From positions 388,030 through 452,029 of the forward strand of contig JAGWTR010000002.1 in NCBI GenBank assembly GCA_028868855.1: a stretch of DNA of 64,000 nt. Direction: 5' to 3'. The translations under genes and the position numbers were made by a program. The DNA comes from Burkholderiales bacterium. Its GTDB lineage: Bacteria; Pseudomonadota; Gammaproteobacteria; Burkholderiales; Burkholderiaceae_C. The notes below the pieces were generated by a model. It saw only the letters and a program-made list of their open reading frames with translations. It ran no database searches and had not been told where the DNA came from. Positions within the stretch are counted from its first letter, which is position 1. Each line of letters starts with the position of its first letter. Positions 1 to 10,004 of the stretch are shown here, one piece after another.

Positions 1-649
1 CAACGGGTGCAAAGCGAGGTCCGATCAGCGCTTCCACACGCACCTGGTAGCGCTGGTCTTTCCTGACCCATTCCACGGTGGCGCTGCCGTGAACCTCACC
101 CCGGAAATAGCCATCCATCTTGTAGCTGACGCGGGTGGCCAGGGGCCAGACAAAGGCCGGTCCTGACGTGGTGGGGGCTGACGCTGCGGCCGTGGCTGAT
201 CCGGCTTCTGAGCCCCCCGGGGTGGCTGCCGAGGCCACTGCGGTGACTGGGGTGGAGGCGCTGGTTTCCTCGGTTGGCGCGACCACGGCCGACGCTGTTG
301 TTTCTGCCGGGCTGGCGACTTCGGCTTGGCTGGGCGGCAGTTTGGGGGCCGAGGCCTTGCGGGCCACCGGAGGGCGTCGCGGTTTGTGTCGGCGCGGGGC
401 GGCATGCCGCTGGGCCGACGTGACGGTCGTGGCGCTTTTGGGGGCGGTCGGGGTAGCCACCGGCGGCGCGCTCAATTTGAGTTCACTCACATAGGTGGCC
501 TCCATGCGTTGAATGCTTGATTTCTCCTTGGGATCAAGCTGGCGCATCAACTCAGACACTGACGACGTCAACCAGATGTGCACTGCCGCGATGACAGCGG
601 CGATGGCAAGCAGCCACCAGCGGTTTCTGACGAGACGCAGTCGCTCCAT
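1..649 (-). CDS. DUF3108-like protein, N-terminal part (gene continues beyond window start)
   Basis: The frame is open from ATG 649 to the window edge; it is absent from the ORF track because no stop lies in the window, and I checked it codon by codon. It has a TM helix (RNRWWLLAIAAVIAAVHIWL), a Pro/Ala/Thr-rich linker, then WPLATRVSYKMDGYFRGEVHGSATVEWVRKDQRYQV, which is typical of DUF3108 proteins. Confidence 0.55.
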   Translation of the reverse strand, partial: MERLRLVRNRWWLLAIAAVIAAVHIWLTSSVSELMRQLDPKEKSSIQRMEATYVSELKLSAPPVATPTAPKSATTVTSAQRHAAPRRHKPRRPPVARKASAPKLPPSQAEVASPAETTASAVVAPTEETSASTPVTAVASAATPGGSEAGSATAAASAPTTSGPAFVWPLATRVSYKMDGYFRGEVHGSATVEWVRKDQRYQVRVEALIGPRFAPV

Positions 650-651
650 GG

Positions 652-2442
652 TCAGGTCTTGAGCCAGATGCGGCGGCGCTGCATCGTCTTGTCGTCCAGT
701 TGTTCGGGCAAGGTCAGGGCAATGACCTCACCTTCCAGGCCAATGCGGTCTTTGGCATTGGCCAGGGCCGGCACGGTCAGCGTCAACAGGGCTTGATCAC
801 GGCAGATCAGCAGGGGCTGATCGTGCTGGCTGTCATGCCATGTGGCCAGGTCATCAGCGCGGCGCACGCGCCATCCCGCCAGGGCGATGATTTCATCCCC
901 CATGCTCAATCCGCATGATTCGGCCACGCCCCCTCGCATAACCGCCTGTACCTTGAGCGCGCCTGCCGTGTCGCTCAGGCGCACGCCCAGGCGTTGTGCG
1001 AGTGAGCCGGGCTTGCTGACCCAGCCCACGCCAGCGTTCGACAGCAAGTGCTGCAAAGGCAAGTCGGCGGTGCCATGGACCCAGCGCTGCAGCAGGGCGC
1101 CCCACGAGGTGGCCCCCGCCGTGGCCGGTGGCTGGCCCGCTTCGGCCTCCAGCGCCTGTGCGATGTCGAACTCCTGAATCGGGCGGCCCAACTGCCACAG
1201 GCGCAGCATCACGTCGTCCAGTGTTGGTGCGTCACCTGCCGTGTCGGCAGGCAGTTGGCGCAGGCTCAGGTCCAGCGCCAAGGCGACCAGTGAGCCCTTG
1301 GTGTAGTAACTCACCGTGGCGTTGGCGGTGTTTTCATCGGGCCGGTAATAGCGTGTCCAGGCATCGAAGCTGGCCTGGGCGAGGCTGTAGGTGTGGCGGC
1401 CCGGCGTAGCGTTCACCTGGTTGATGGTCTTGCCCAGCAACTTGAGGTAGGCGCTGGCATCAATCAGGCCGGTGCGCAGCAAAAACTGGTCGTCGTAGTA
1501 AGACGTGAACCCTTCAAAGAACCACAGCAGTTGGGTGTGGTTTTCCTGGGTGAAGTCGTATGGGGCGAATTCGGCCGGTTTGAGTCGCTTGACGTTCCAG
1601 GTGTGAAAATATTCATGGCTGATCAGGCCCAGCAAGGTTTGATAGGCCTCCGTGTTGATCGGACGCCCCGTGCGCGGCAGGTCGCGGCGCGCGCAAATCA
1701 GTGCGGTGCTGTTGCGATGTTCCAGTCCGCCATAGCCGTCCTCGATCACATTGAGCAGGAACACGTAGCGCTCAAAGGCCGGTTTGCGCCGACCGTGCCA
1801 GAACGTGATCTGCGCTTCGCAAATGCGCTGGGTGTCATCCAATAGGCGCTGACCGTCGAAGTCGTCGCTGGCGCCTGACACGATCAATTCGTGGGCCACG
1901 CCTTTGGCGGTGAACTGGCCACGCCAGAAGGTGCCCAACTCAACCGGGTGGTCCACCAGGGCGTCGTAATCCGGGGCCCGGTAGTCGCCCAGGCCTTGAG
2001 TGTTGACCTTGATCGCAGGCAGGCCCGTTGCCACCGCCCAGCCCTTGGGTAGGTTGGTGATTTTGACCTTGTGCGGTTGGTCTTCGAAGCCATGGGCGCA
2101 CAGAAAGGTGCTGGTGCCATTGAAGAAGCCGCGATGCGCATCCAGGAAGGCCGTCCGCACGGAAGTGTCAAACGCATAGACCTCATAGCTGATCGTCAAG
2201 GCGCCTTTGCCCGTGCATTCAACCGCCCAGGTCGTCTTGTCCAACTGTTGCACCGGCACGCTCCTGCCGCCTTGCTGTGCCAATAAGGGCGACAGGTGGC
2301 GGGCAAACTCGCGCACCAGGTAGCTGCCAGGGATCCACACCGGCAAGCTCAATAACTGTTGGGCTTGCGGCCTGGCAATGCGCAGGGTGACGTTGAAGCG
2401 ATGGGCGTGGGTGCTGCCCACTTCGATGCGGTAGTCGATCAT
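652..2442 (-). CDS. M61-family zinc metallopeptidase with C-terminal PDZ domain
   Basis: 596-aa ORF with an HExxH motif in HEYFHTWN. A PDZ-like segment (GVAESCGLSMGDEIIALAG) lies near the C-terminus. Confidence 0.85.
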   Translation of the reverse strand: MIDYRIEVGSTHAHRFNVTLRIARPQAQQLLSLPVWIPGSYLVREFARHLSPLLAQQGGRSVPVQQLDKTTWAVECTGKGALTISYEVYAFDTSVRTAFLDAHRGFFNGTSTFLCAHGFEDQPHKVKITNLPKGWAVATGLPAIKVNTQGLGDYRAPDYDALVDHPVELGTFWRGQFTAKGVAHELIVSGASDDFDGQRLLDDTQRICEAQITFWHGRRKPAFERYVFLLNVIEDGYGGLEHRNSTALICARRDLPRTGRPINTEAYQTLLGLISHEYFHTWNVKRLKPAEFAPYDFTQENHTQLLWFFEGFTSYYDDQFLLRTGLIDASAYLKLLGKTINQVNATPGRHTYSLAQASFDAWTRYYRPDENTANATVSYYTKGSLVALALDLSLRQLPADTAGDAPTLDDVMLRLWQLGRPIQEFDIAQALEAEAGQPPATAGATSWGALLQRWVHGTADLPLQHLLSNAGVGWVSKPGSLAQRLGVRLSDTAGALKVQAVMRGGVAESCGLSMGDEIIALAGWRVRRADDLATWHDSQHDQPLLICRDQALLTLTVPALANAKDRIGLEGEVIALTLPEQLDDKTMQRRRIWLKT

Positions 2443-2466
2443 GAAGTGCTTTCGTCAGGGCGAGGC

Positions 2467-2970
2467 TCAGAGCTGTGCGGCGGCCAGGAAGCAACACAGG
2501 CTGGACACCAGCGTGAGGCGAAAGCGCAACTTGAGCCATCCAGCAGCGCCCAATTCTGGATAGCGCTTGCGCTCCACCAGGTAGCAGCCGACCAGCAAGC
2601 CGCCCAGCGCTGCCAAGCCTGCGTGTGGTGGCATGAGCAAGGCCACCCACGCAGCCGAGGTGTAGACCACACCCCAAATGAGGGCGCGTCGCTGCAAAGG
2701 CGTCGCCGGTTGGCTGTAGTCCTGTGCCAGCATGGTCAGCCCCCAGGGCAACCCCCCCAGGAAAGACACCACAAGGGCGGCATAGCTGGTCAAGGCATTG
2801 ACCACGAAGGCAAACGGCTCCGGTTCAACCTTTCCGGCCAGCAGCCAGATGAACAGGGTGCCCGCTACAAACGGAATCAGGCCGGCGTGACCGAGTCTGC
2901 GAGCCAGATCATTGGGTTCGGCCAGACCAGGGTGGGGCGAGGGAATGTGTGATGACAAGGTAACGCTCAT
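2467..2970 (-). CDS. small multi-pass membrane protein (DUF3429-like)
   Basis: ORF 2467..3204 is trimmed to ATG 2970 because the upstream part overlaps the 3036..3890 gene. The 167-aa product has several hydrophobic helices (LIPFVAGTLFIWLL, SYAALVVSFLGGLPWGL, WVALLMPP...). Confidence 0.55.
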   Translation of the reverse strand: MSVTLSSHIPSPHPGLAEPNDLARRLGHAGLIPFVAGTLFIWLLAGKVEPEPFAFVVNALTSYAALVVSFLGGLPWGLTMLAQDYSQPATPLQRRALIWGVVYTSAAWVALLMPPHAGLAALGGLLVGCYLVERKRYPELGAAGWLKLRFRLTLVSSLCCFLAAAQL

Positions 2971-3035
2971 TAAAACAAGGGTTGCGGCATTGTGGCAAGA
3001 AGCGCCGAAGCGTGCCGAAGGCGTGTGGGGCTGGG

Positions 3036-3890
3036 TCAGGCCGCCAGCCAGGAAAACACGGCCGGGATGTTGTCGGGCAAGGTCAAGCCTTGCTGGCGCC
3101 ACTGAGCCACGCGCAGGGTGCGGCTCCAGCCTTGGGGCAGGGTCAGGCCGCAACTCACGCTCAGCCAGGTGTCGGCGTGCAAGTGCTGCAACAGACCGGA
3201 GCACAGGGCGGCGTTGCGGTAAGGCGTCTCGATCACCAGTTGCGTCTGGCGGGTGCGCCGAGAAATCTGATCCAGTTCCCGGATTCGGTCGCCGCGCTGA
3301 ATCGCATCCACCGGCAGGTAGCCGACAAAGGCAAAACTTTGTCCGTTGAGGCCGCTCGCCGCCAGGGCCAGCAGCAGGGAGCTGGGCCCCGAGATGGGCA
3401 CGACGACCACACCCAGGCGATGGGCCGCCAGCACCAGGGCGGCGCCTGGGTCAGCCACACCAGGCATGCCGGCTTCCGACATCAGTCCGATGTCATGGCC
3501 CGCCAGCGCCGGAGCCAGCAGCGCGTTGATGTCCGCGTCCGGATCGGGGGCCGGTTTGTCACTGGGCTTCTTGTGGGTCTTGTTGGCGGTTTTCTCGCCC
3601 CCCTTGTTTGGGCGAGGCAACACCTGGATGTCCAAGGCCTGCAAGGGCACGGCCAACGGCACCAGCGCATCGACGCGCTTCAAAAAGGCGCGCGTTGTTT
3701 TGGCGTTTTCGCACACCCAATGCTGCAGGCGGGCCGCGGCGTTCAATGCGCCCATGGGAAGCACTTCGCGCAAGTCCGATGTTTCTGCAGCGTTGGGGTC
3801 GATGCAGCCAAAGTCCAGGGTGTTGGGGATCAGCAGCAAGCGTCCGAGTGGGGGCATGTTGGGGGAGGTGGTCTTGCGGGAGTTGGTCAT
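3036..3890 (-). CDS. SAM-dependent methyltransferase, tetrapyrrole-methylase fold (RsmI/YraL-like)
   Basis: 284 aa with RsmI-like blocks (GLMSEAGMPGVADPGA, FVGYLP, ETPYR). It carries a Lys/Pro-rich insertion (NKGGEKTANKTHKKPSDKPAPDPD). Its ATG overlaps the stop of the downstream maf-like gene (ATGA). Confidence 0.7.
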   Translation of the reverse strand: MTNSRKTTSPNMPPLGRLLLIPNTLDFGCIDPNAAETSDLREVLPMGALNAAARLQHWVCENAKTTRAFLKRVDALVPLAVPLQALDIQVLPRPNKGGEKTANKTHKKPSDKPAPDPDADINALLAPALAGHDIGLMSEAGMPGVADPGAALVLAAHRLGVVVVPISGPSSLLLALAASGLNGQSFAFVGYLPVDAIQRGDRIRELDQISRRTRQTQLVIETPYRNAALCSGLLQHLHADTWLSVSCGLTLPQGWSRTLRVAQWRQQGLTLPDNIPAVFSWLAA

Positions 3891-4522
3891 GAGTGTTGTT
3901 GTGAAGCGCGCCAGGCCAGCGGATCCAGCCCCGCCAGTCGAAGAAGTTGGGTGGTGAGGATGAGGGGAAGGCCGATCAGAGCCGTGGGGTCGCTCGAGTC
4001 GATGCGGTCCAGCATCACGATGCCCAGGCCTTCGGCCTTGGCGCTGCCAGCGCAGTCATAGGGCTGCTCCAGGTGAAGATAGGTGTCGATGTCGTCGTCG
4101 CTGTAGTGACCCATCTGGACCTGTGTGGGGCTCATCAGGGTCTGGGCAAAACCGGAGGCAGGGCGAACCACGGCCACGGCGGTGTGAAACACCACGGCTT
4201 GACCGCGCATGCGGGTCAGCTGCGCCACGGCACGGGCATGCGTACCGGGTTTGCCCAGCGCCTGGCCGCTCAGTTCGGCCACCTGATCTGACCCTATCAC
4301 GATCACGTCATCCAAACAGGTGCCGGCCACAGCCTGTGCCTTCGCCAGAGCCAATCGCATGGCCAAGTCGGCCGCCGCTTCGGTGGGCAGGGCGCTTTCG
4401 TCCACGTTGGGTGATGCCACGTCAAAGGGCAGGCCCAGCCGTTGAAGCAAGTCCCGCCGGTAAGGAGAGGTCGACCCCAGGATCAGGCGCGGGAAAACGG
4501 GTGGAGTTGCGGGTGTCGTCAT
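3887..4522 (-). CDS. yceF: Maf-like nucleoside triphosphate pyrophosphatase
   Basis: ORF 3887..5242 is trimmed to ATG 4522. The N-terminus LILGSTSPYRRDLLQRLGLPF is typical of Maf/YceF. It is divergent from yceD-rpmF, as in E. coli. Confidence 0.85.
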   Translation of the reverse strand: MTTPATPPVFPRLILGSTSPYRRDLLQRLGLPFDVASPNVDESALPTEAAADLAMRLALAKAQAVAGTCLDDVIVIGSDQVAELSGQALGKPGTHARAVAQLTRMRGQAVVFHTAVAVVRPASGFAQTLMSPTQVQMGHYSDDDIDTYLHLEQPYDCAGSAKAEGLGIVMLDRIDSSDPTALIGLPLILTTQLLRLAGLDPLAWRASQQHS

Positions 4523-4579
4523 CCTGCCATTGTCCAACGTCCTGCACCTGGCTTGACGTGAGCCTCTACACTCTCGGGT

Positions 4580-5191
4580 ATGAAAGAGCGCCTGTTTTCT
4601 CCCCACAAGCTCGATGTCGGGGCTTTTATCAAAGAACAATCCCAGTTGGACGGCGCGGTGCCCGTGGCCGCACTGACGCGTCTGGCCAGTGGCCTGGCGC
4701 AGTCGTTGGACCTGAAGTCGCTGGCGCCGCTGCACTGGTCGGCGCAAGGGCGATTGGTGGCGCAGCGCGTCGGCGAGCCTCAGTGGTGGCTGGATCTGCA
4801 CGCCAAGGGCGATCTGCCCTGGGAATGCCAGCGCTGTCTGCAGCCGGTATTCATCCCGATCGAGGTTGATCACAGCATCCGCTTTGTCGTCGACGAAAAC
4901 ACCGCCGCCGATCTGGATGCGGATTCTGACGATGACGTGCTCGCCGTGAGTCGCCAATTCGATCTGCTGGCACTGGTTGAGGATGAGTTGATCATGGCTC
5001 AACCCCTTGTGCCGCTCCATGAGCAATGCCCCGTGGACATGACGCCTCTGATGCACTCTGGTCTGGTCTCGCCGGAGGGCGTGGCCATTGAGGAGTCGCA
5101 CGACGACCATGCCGAGGGCGAGGGCGGGGAGTCCGGTGATCGGCCCAATCCTTTTGCTGTTCTGGCCAAACTCAAGAAGGACAATTCCTGA
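4580..5191 (+). CDS. yceD: DUF177 protein YceD (large-subunit rRNA accumulation protein)
   Basis: 203 aa with the CxxC segment WECQRCLQPV and an acidic C-terminus. It lies immediately upstream of rpmF. Confidence 0.85.
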   Translation: MKERLFSPHKLDVGAFIKEQSQLDGAVPVAALTRLASGLAQSLDLKSLAPLHWSAQGRLVAQRVGEPQWWLDLHAKGDLPWECQRCLQPVFIPIEVDHSIRFVVDENTAADLDADSDDDVLAVSRQFDLLALVEDELIMAQPLVPLHEQCPVDMTPLMHSGLVSPEGVAIEESHDDHAEGEGGESGDRPNPFAVLAKLKKDNS

Positions 5192-5369
5192 TTTGGTGCT
5201 AGAATCTATGGTTTTCCGGGAAAGGCCCCGGAATTTATACAATTTGTCAACACTTTGCAGGCTGCAAGCGGCTGGTGTGGTTCAGGTCTGAGATATTGAC
5301 ATGGTCCGCCAGATTTCGATGTGGTCTGACATCTCAACGGGCTATAAAGCCCGGTTCCTGGAGTCCATC

Positions 5370-5552
5370 ATGGCCGTTCAGCAAAATAAAAAGTCCCCTT
5401 CCAAGCGCGGCATGCACCGTTCGCACAATGCGCTGAACACCCCGGGTACCGCCGTTGAAGGCACCACTGGCGAGATCCACCTGCGCCACCACATCAGTCC
5501 TACCGGTTTCTACCGGGGCCGCAAGGTGCTCAAAACCAAGGCTGACGCCTAA
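5370..5552 (+). CDS. rpmF: 50S ribosomal protein L32
   Basis: Internal ATG 5370 of ORF 5301..5552 gives the 60-aa product [19 protein letters not shown]... Confidence 0.95.
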   Translation: MAVQQNKKSPSKRGMHRSHNALNTPGTAVEGTTGEIHLRHHISPTGFYRGRKVLKTKADA

Positions 5553-5679
5553 AAGGTGATGCGACCTGGTCTTGCCAGGTCTCATGTCAAATACACAGGG
5601 CTGGATAGGCTGACCATGGTCGGCTCTCCGGCCCATTGTCGTTGTGGGCCCGGCAATCAAGACCCATTTTGATGACTGA

Positions 5680-6831
5680 TTGATGACTGTTACTACCTCA
5701 CCTGCATCGCCGCCCGATCTGCCAGGTTCCATCCGCATCGCGGTGGACTGCATGGGAGGCGATCATGGCCCATCGATCACCTTGCCTGCATGCCGCGCAT
5801 TCCTGGCCAAGCACCCTGACGCCGAACTGGTGCTGGTCGGTCTGCCAGAGGACATCGCTGCGGCCAAGGACTGGGAGCGCGTCACGCTGGTGCCTGCCAG
5901 TGAGGTGGTGGCCATGGATGATTCGGTGGAAGTGGCCTTGCGACGTAAAAAAGACTCGTCCCTGCGAGTCGCCGTCATGCAGGTCAAGGCGACCGCTGCT
6001 GTGCCCGCCAAGGCCCATGCCTGTGTCTCCGCAGGCAATACCGGAGCCTTGATGGCCGTGGCCCGCTACGTGCTCAAGACCGTCGAAGGCATTGATCGCC
6101 CAGCGATCGCCTTTGCCATGCCCAATCAGCTTGATGGTTCAACCACCATGCTTGACCTGGGCGCCAATGTCGATTGCACCGCCGAACACCTGCTGCAATT
6201 CGCCGTGATGGGCAGTGCGCTCGTGTCCGCCGTGAATGGCCAGGAAAGCCCCACCGTGGGTTTGCTCAACATTGGCGAAGAGCTCATCAAGGGCAGTGAG
6301 GTCATCAAGCAGGCCGGCGAATTGCTGCGTGCGGCTGGCGACAAGGGCCTGATCAACTTTCGGGGCAATGTCGAAGGCAATGACATCTTCAAAGGCACGA
6401 CCGACATTGTGGTTTGTGACGGTTTCGTCGGCAATGTGGCGCTCAAGACCGCCGAAGGCCTCGCCTCGATGTTCGCCAACTTGATCAAGCAAGAGTTTTC
6501 TCGCAATTGGCTGACTAAGCTGGTCGCTTTGGCGGCCTTGCCGGTGCTCAACCGCTTCAAGCATCGAATGGACCATCGTCGCTACAACGGCGCGGCATTG
6601 CTGGGGTTGCGAGGTTTGGTGTTCAAAAGCCATGGTTCGGCTGATGCCTTTGCCTTCGAGGTGGCCATCAAGAAGGCCTATGATGCAGCTCGTCATCGCC
6701 TTCTGGATCGGGTTCATGACCGCATCGCGGCCACGCTCGACGGCCAGCCCGGTTCCGTGCCTGGCAAGGCAGCGCCCGAAGGCACTTCGACGACTGATGG
6801 ATCGGCGGGCACTCAACACCGTGCTGCCTGA
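5680..6831 (+). CDS. plsX: phosphate acyltransferase PlsX
   Basis: 383 aa with [12 protein letters not shown] near the N-terminus. Position between rpmF and fabH fits. The roughly 40-aa C-terminal tail is low-complexity. Confidence 0.95.
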   Translation: MMTVTTSPASPPDLPGSIRIAVDCMGGDHGPSITLPACRAFLAKHPDAELVLVGLPEDIAAAKDWERVTLVPASEVVAMDDSVEVALRRKKDSSLRVAVMQVKATAAVPAKAHACVSAGNTGALMAVARYVLKTVEGIDRPAIAFAMPNQLDGSTTMLDLGANVDCTAEHLLQFAVMGSALVSAVNGQESPTVGLLNIGEELIKGSEVIKQAGELLRAAGDKGLINFRGNVEGNDIFKGTTDIVVCDGFVGNVALKTAEGLASMFANLIKQEFSRNWLTKLVALAALPVLNRFKHRMDHRRYNGAALLGLRGLVFKSHGSADAFAFEVAIKKAYDAARHRLLDRVHDRIAATLDGQPGSVPGKAAPEGTSTTDGSAGTQHRAA

Positions 6832-6901
6832 GCTGTTGAGTCGTGCCTAAAGTGCCTAAAGGGCTGCAGGTGTTCAAAAGACGCTGAGTGGTTCGCTTCA
6901 T

Positions 6902-7882
6902 ATGGCCAACATCTACTCTCGCATTGCCGGTACCGGCAGTTATCTGCCGCCCAATCGCCTCACCAATCAAGACTTGGTCAGGCAACTCGCCGAGCGAGGC
7001 ATCGAAACCTCGAACCAGTGGATCGTTGAGCGCACGGGCATCCATGCCCGCCACTTCGCCGCTCCTGAGGTCACTGCCAGCGAGCTGGGTGTGCAAGCGG
7101 CCTTGAAGGCTCTGGAAGCCGCCGGAGTTCCGGCCAGCGACATTGACCTCATCATCTGTGCCACGTCCACGCCAGACATGGTTTTCCCCTCGACCGCCTG
7201 CCTGATTCAGCAAAAACTGGGGGTGGGTGGCCAGGCCGCCTTTGACGTCCAGGCGGTGTGTTCAGGGTTTATCTATGGCGTGGCCGTGGCCGATGCCATG
7301 ATCCGCACCGGCGCTGTTCGTCGCGCATTGGTGATCGGCGCAGAGGTTTTTTCCCGACTGCTTGATTTCAACGACCGCACCACCTGCGTGTTATTTGGTG
7401 ATGGTGCGGGCGCCGTCGTCCTGGAGGCGTCTGACCAGCCCGGCATCGTGGCCTCGTGTCTGCATGCCGATGGCCGGCAGTCAGGTATCCTGTGCGCCCC
7501 GGGTACGGTGTCTGGCGGTTCGGTGCTGGGTGATCCCACCGTGAAAATGGATGGGCGCGGTGTGTTCAAGCTGGCCGTGACAGTGCTGGAGCAAGTCGCC
7601 TGCGAAGTCCTGCAAGTCGCGGGTCGAGATGCCTCGTGCATCGACTGGCTGATTCCGCACCAGGCCAACTTGCGCATCATGCACAGCACCGCCCGTAAGC
7701 TCAATTTGAGTGATGACAAGATGATCGTGACGGTGGGCGAGCACGGCAATACTTCCGCAGCGTCGATTCCTCTGGCGCTGGACCACGCCATTCGCAACGG
7801 GCAGATTCAAAGGGGCCAGACCCTGCTGCTCGAAGGCGTCGGAGGTGGTTTTACCTGGGGCGCCGTGCTGGTGGATTACTGA
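6902..7882 (+). CDS. fabH: 3-oxoacyl-ACP synthase III
   Basis: 326 aa. Active-site Cys sits in AVCSGF, with HQAN and GNTSAASIP motifs. Confidence 0.95.
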   Translation: MANIYSRIAGTGSYLPPNRLTNQDLVRQLAERGIETSNQWIVERTGIHARHFAAPEVTASELGVQAALKALEAAGVPASDIDLIICATSTPDMVFPSTACLIQQKLGVGGQAAFDVQAVCSGFIYGVAVADAMIRTGAVRRALVIGAEVFSRLLDFNDRTTCVLFGDGAGAVVLEASDQPGIVASCLHADGRQSGILCAPGTVSGGSVLGDPTVKMDGRGVFKLAVTVLEQVACEVLQVAGRDASCIDWLIPHQANLRIMHSTARKLNLSDDKMIVTVGEHGNTSAASIPLALDHAIRNGQIQRGQTLLLEGVGGGFTWGAVLVDY

Positions 7883-7910
7883 TGTTTTTAAGTAGTGAGT
7901 ACCCAAGAAA

Positions 7911-8849
7911 ATGACCACATTTGCATTCGTGTTTCCGGGGCAAGGCTCGCAATCCGTGGGCATGCTTAATGGATGGGATGGACACGCCGCCGTACGTGAG
8001 ACCCTGGCCGAGGCCTCCCAGGTTCTGGGCGAGGACATCGGCAAGTTGATCGCCGAAGGACCCAAGGAAGCCTTGGATCTGACCACGAACACGCAGCCCG
8101 TGATGCTTGCTGCCGGTGTGGCCTGCTGGCGCGCCTGGCTGGCCGAAACTGGTTTGAAGCCAGCGGCCGTGGCTGGGCATTCTTTGGGTGAATACACGGC
8201 CCTGGTGGTTGCGGGCGCCTTGACATTGGCTGATGCCTTGCCGCTGGTGCGTTTTCGTGCGCAGGCCATGCAAGAGGCGGTGCCGGTGGGGACGGGCAGC
8301 ATGGCCGCCATCCTGGGCCTGGACCCACAAGCGGTGAAAACCGGTTGTGAACAGGCCGCGCAGGCCACGGGTGAAGCTGTCGAAGCGGTCAATTTCAACG
8401 ACCCCAAGCAGACCGTCATCGCCGGCACCAAGGCCGGGGTTGACAAGGCCTGCGAATTGCTCAAGGTGGCAGGTGCCAAGCGCGCCTTGTTGCTGTCCGT
8501 GTCAGCGCCGTTTCACTCAAGTTTGATGAAGCCGGCGGCCGAGCGCCTCAAAGAGCAACTCGCCGCGACCCCGTTCTCGGTCCCGCTCATTCCGGTCATC
8601 AACAACGTCGACGTGGCCGTGTTGACCGAGGCCAATGCCTTGCGTGATGCGCTATACCGTCAGGCATTTGGCCCGGTGCGCTGGGTGGAAACCATCCAGG
8701 CCATCAAGGCTCGTGGAGTGACCCACGTCATCGAATGTGGCCCTGGCAAAGTGCTCTCGGGCATGGTCAAGCGAATTGATGGTGAAATCGCGACCACCAC
8801 CATTTTTGACATGGCCTCCTTGATGGAAGCCAAGGAGCTGTTGGCATGA
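7911..8849 (+). CDS. fabD: malonyl-CoA-ACP transacylase
   Basis: 312 aa with FPGQGSQ and GHSLGEY motifs. Confidence 0.95.
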   Translation: MTTFAFVFPGQGSQSVGMLNGWDGHAAVRETLAEASQVLGEDIGKLIAEGPKEALDLTTNTQPVMLAAGVACWRAWLAETGLKPAAVAGHSLGEYTALVVAGALTLADALPLVRFRAQAMQEAVPVGTGSMAAILGLDPQAVKTGCEQAAQATGEAVEAVNFNDPKQTVIAGTKAGVDKACELLKVAGAKRALLLSVSAPFHSSLMKPAAERLKEQLAATPFSVPLIPVINNVDVAVLTEANALRDALYRQAFGPVRWVETIQAIKARGVTHVIECGPGKVLSGMVKRIDGEIATTTIFDMASLMEAKELLA

Positions 8850-9592
8850 GCACGGATACGAAAACTCAGATTGCACTGGTCACGGGCGCCAGTCGTGGCA
8901 TTGGCCGGGCCATTGCCATCACGCTGGCCCAGCGCGGTTTCAAGGTGTTCGGCACGGCCACCACCGACGTGGGTGCTCAAGCCATCTCCGAATTCTTATC
9001 GGCCTTTGGCGGCAGTCAGGGACTGGCCCTCAACGTTACCGACGCTGCGGCGGTCGATGCCACGATCGACGCCATTCTGAAGTCGCAAGGCGCCTTGCAT
9101 GTACTGGTCAACAACGCGGGCATCACGCGCGACACCCTGGCCATGCGCATGAAGGATGACGATTGGGACGCCGTGCTGGACACCAACCTCAAGGCCGTGT
9201 TTCGCATGAGTCGCGCCGTGATGCGACCCATGATGAAACAGCGCTATGGCCGCATCATCAACATCACCTCGGTGGTGGGCGCCAGCGGCAATCCTGGTCA
9301 GGCCAACTACGCTGCAGCCAAAGCCGGCGTGGCAGGCATGACGCGCGCCCTGGCGCGAGAGTTGGGCAGCCGCAACATCACCGTTAACTGCGTCGCCCCG
9401 GGGTTCATTGACACCGACATGACCAAAGGTTTGTCGGCCGAACAGCAGGCATCCCTCAAAGCGCAGATCCCACTGGGGCGTCTGGGGCAGCCTGAAGACA
9501 TCGCCGAAGCCGTGGCCTTTCTGGCCTCGCCACAGGCCGCCTACATCACAGGCACTGAGTTACATGTCAATGGTGGCATGTTCATGAATTGA
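8846..9592 (+). CDS. fabG: 3-oxoacyl-ACP reductase
   Basis: 248 aa short-chain dehydrogenase/reductase (SDR) with TGASRGIG and NYAAAK (YxxxK). ATGA overlap with fabD. Confidence 0.95.
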   Translation: MSTDTKTQIALVTGASRGIGRAIAITLAQRGFKVFGTATTDVGAQAISEFLSAFGGSQGLALNVTDAAAVDATIDAILKSQGALHVLVNNAGITRDTLAMRMKDDDWDAVLDTNLKAVFRMSRAVMRPMMKQRYGRIINITSVVGASGNPGQANYAAAKAGVAGMTRALARELGSRNITVNCVAPGFIDTDMTKGLSAEQQASLKAQIPLGRLGQPEDIAEAVAFLASPQAAYITGTELHVNGGMFMN

Positions 9593-9694
9593 GATTATTT
9601 CGGGGTATCTCAAATTCGTTTTCGGGGGCAGGCGGTTTGTGCTTGTAACCCGGTAAAATCCCTGTTTTATTTGCAACACCCTCCTGGAGGAGTC

Positions 9695-9934
9695 ATGAGC
9701 GATATCGAAGCACGCGTCAAGAAAATCATTGCTGAACAACTCGGTGTGGCCGAGTCCGAAGTCACCTCGGAAAAGGCTTTCGTGGCCGATCTGGGCGCCG
9801 ACTCGCTGGACACCGTTGAACTGGTGATGGCGCTCGAGGACGAGTTCGGCATCGAGATCCCCGATGAGGAAGCCGAAAAGATCACCACTGTTCAGCTTGC
9901 CATCGACTACGCCAAGGGTCACGCCAAGGCTTGA
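9695..9934 (+). CDS. acpP: acyl carrier protein
   Basis: Internal ATG 9695 is preceded by GGAGGA. The 79-aa product carries the phosphopantetheine site [12 protein letters not shown]. Confidence 0.95.
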   Translation: MSDIEARVKKIIAEQLGVAESEVTSEKAFVADLGADSLDTVELVMALEDEFGIEIPDEEAEKITTVQLAIDYAKGHAKA

Positions 9935-9951
9935 GTTCTACGCTGATCGCT

Positions 9952-9969
9952 GAAGCCCTTCGGGGCCTC
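9952..9969 (+). other. acpP-fabF intergenic hairpin with cUUCGg tetraloop
   Basis: gaagccc-ttcg-gggcctc forms a 7-bp stem with one mismatch. No U-tract follows, so it is more likely a processing or stability element than a full terminator. Confidence 0.35.
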
Positions 9970-10004
9970 GGTGATCTCCATATCTCACATATATTTCATC
10001 AAGC

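Noticed and set aside
25-405. 126-aa Pro/Arg-rich ORF, and the 119-aa plus-strand ORF 135..494, at the window start.
   Set aside because: Both overlap, in other frames, the open DUF3108-like frame that starts at ATG 649 and runs off the window. Their low-complexity Pro/Arg or Ala/Gly translations are typical frame artefacts.
3887-5242. Over-extended ORFs: 3887..5242 (451 aa), 44965..46509 (514 aa), 2467..3204, 48834..49820, 62015..63430 and 15817..17724.
   Set aside because: Homology-bearing sequence begins at internal starts (4522, 46122, 2970, 49631, 62090 and 15916). The upstream parts overlap neighbouring genes or intergenic regions and carry no motifs.
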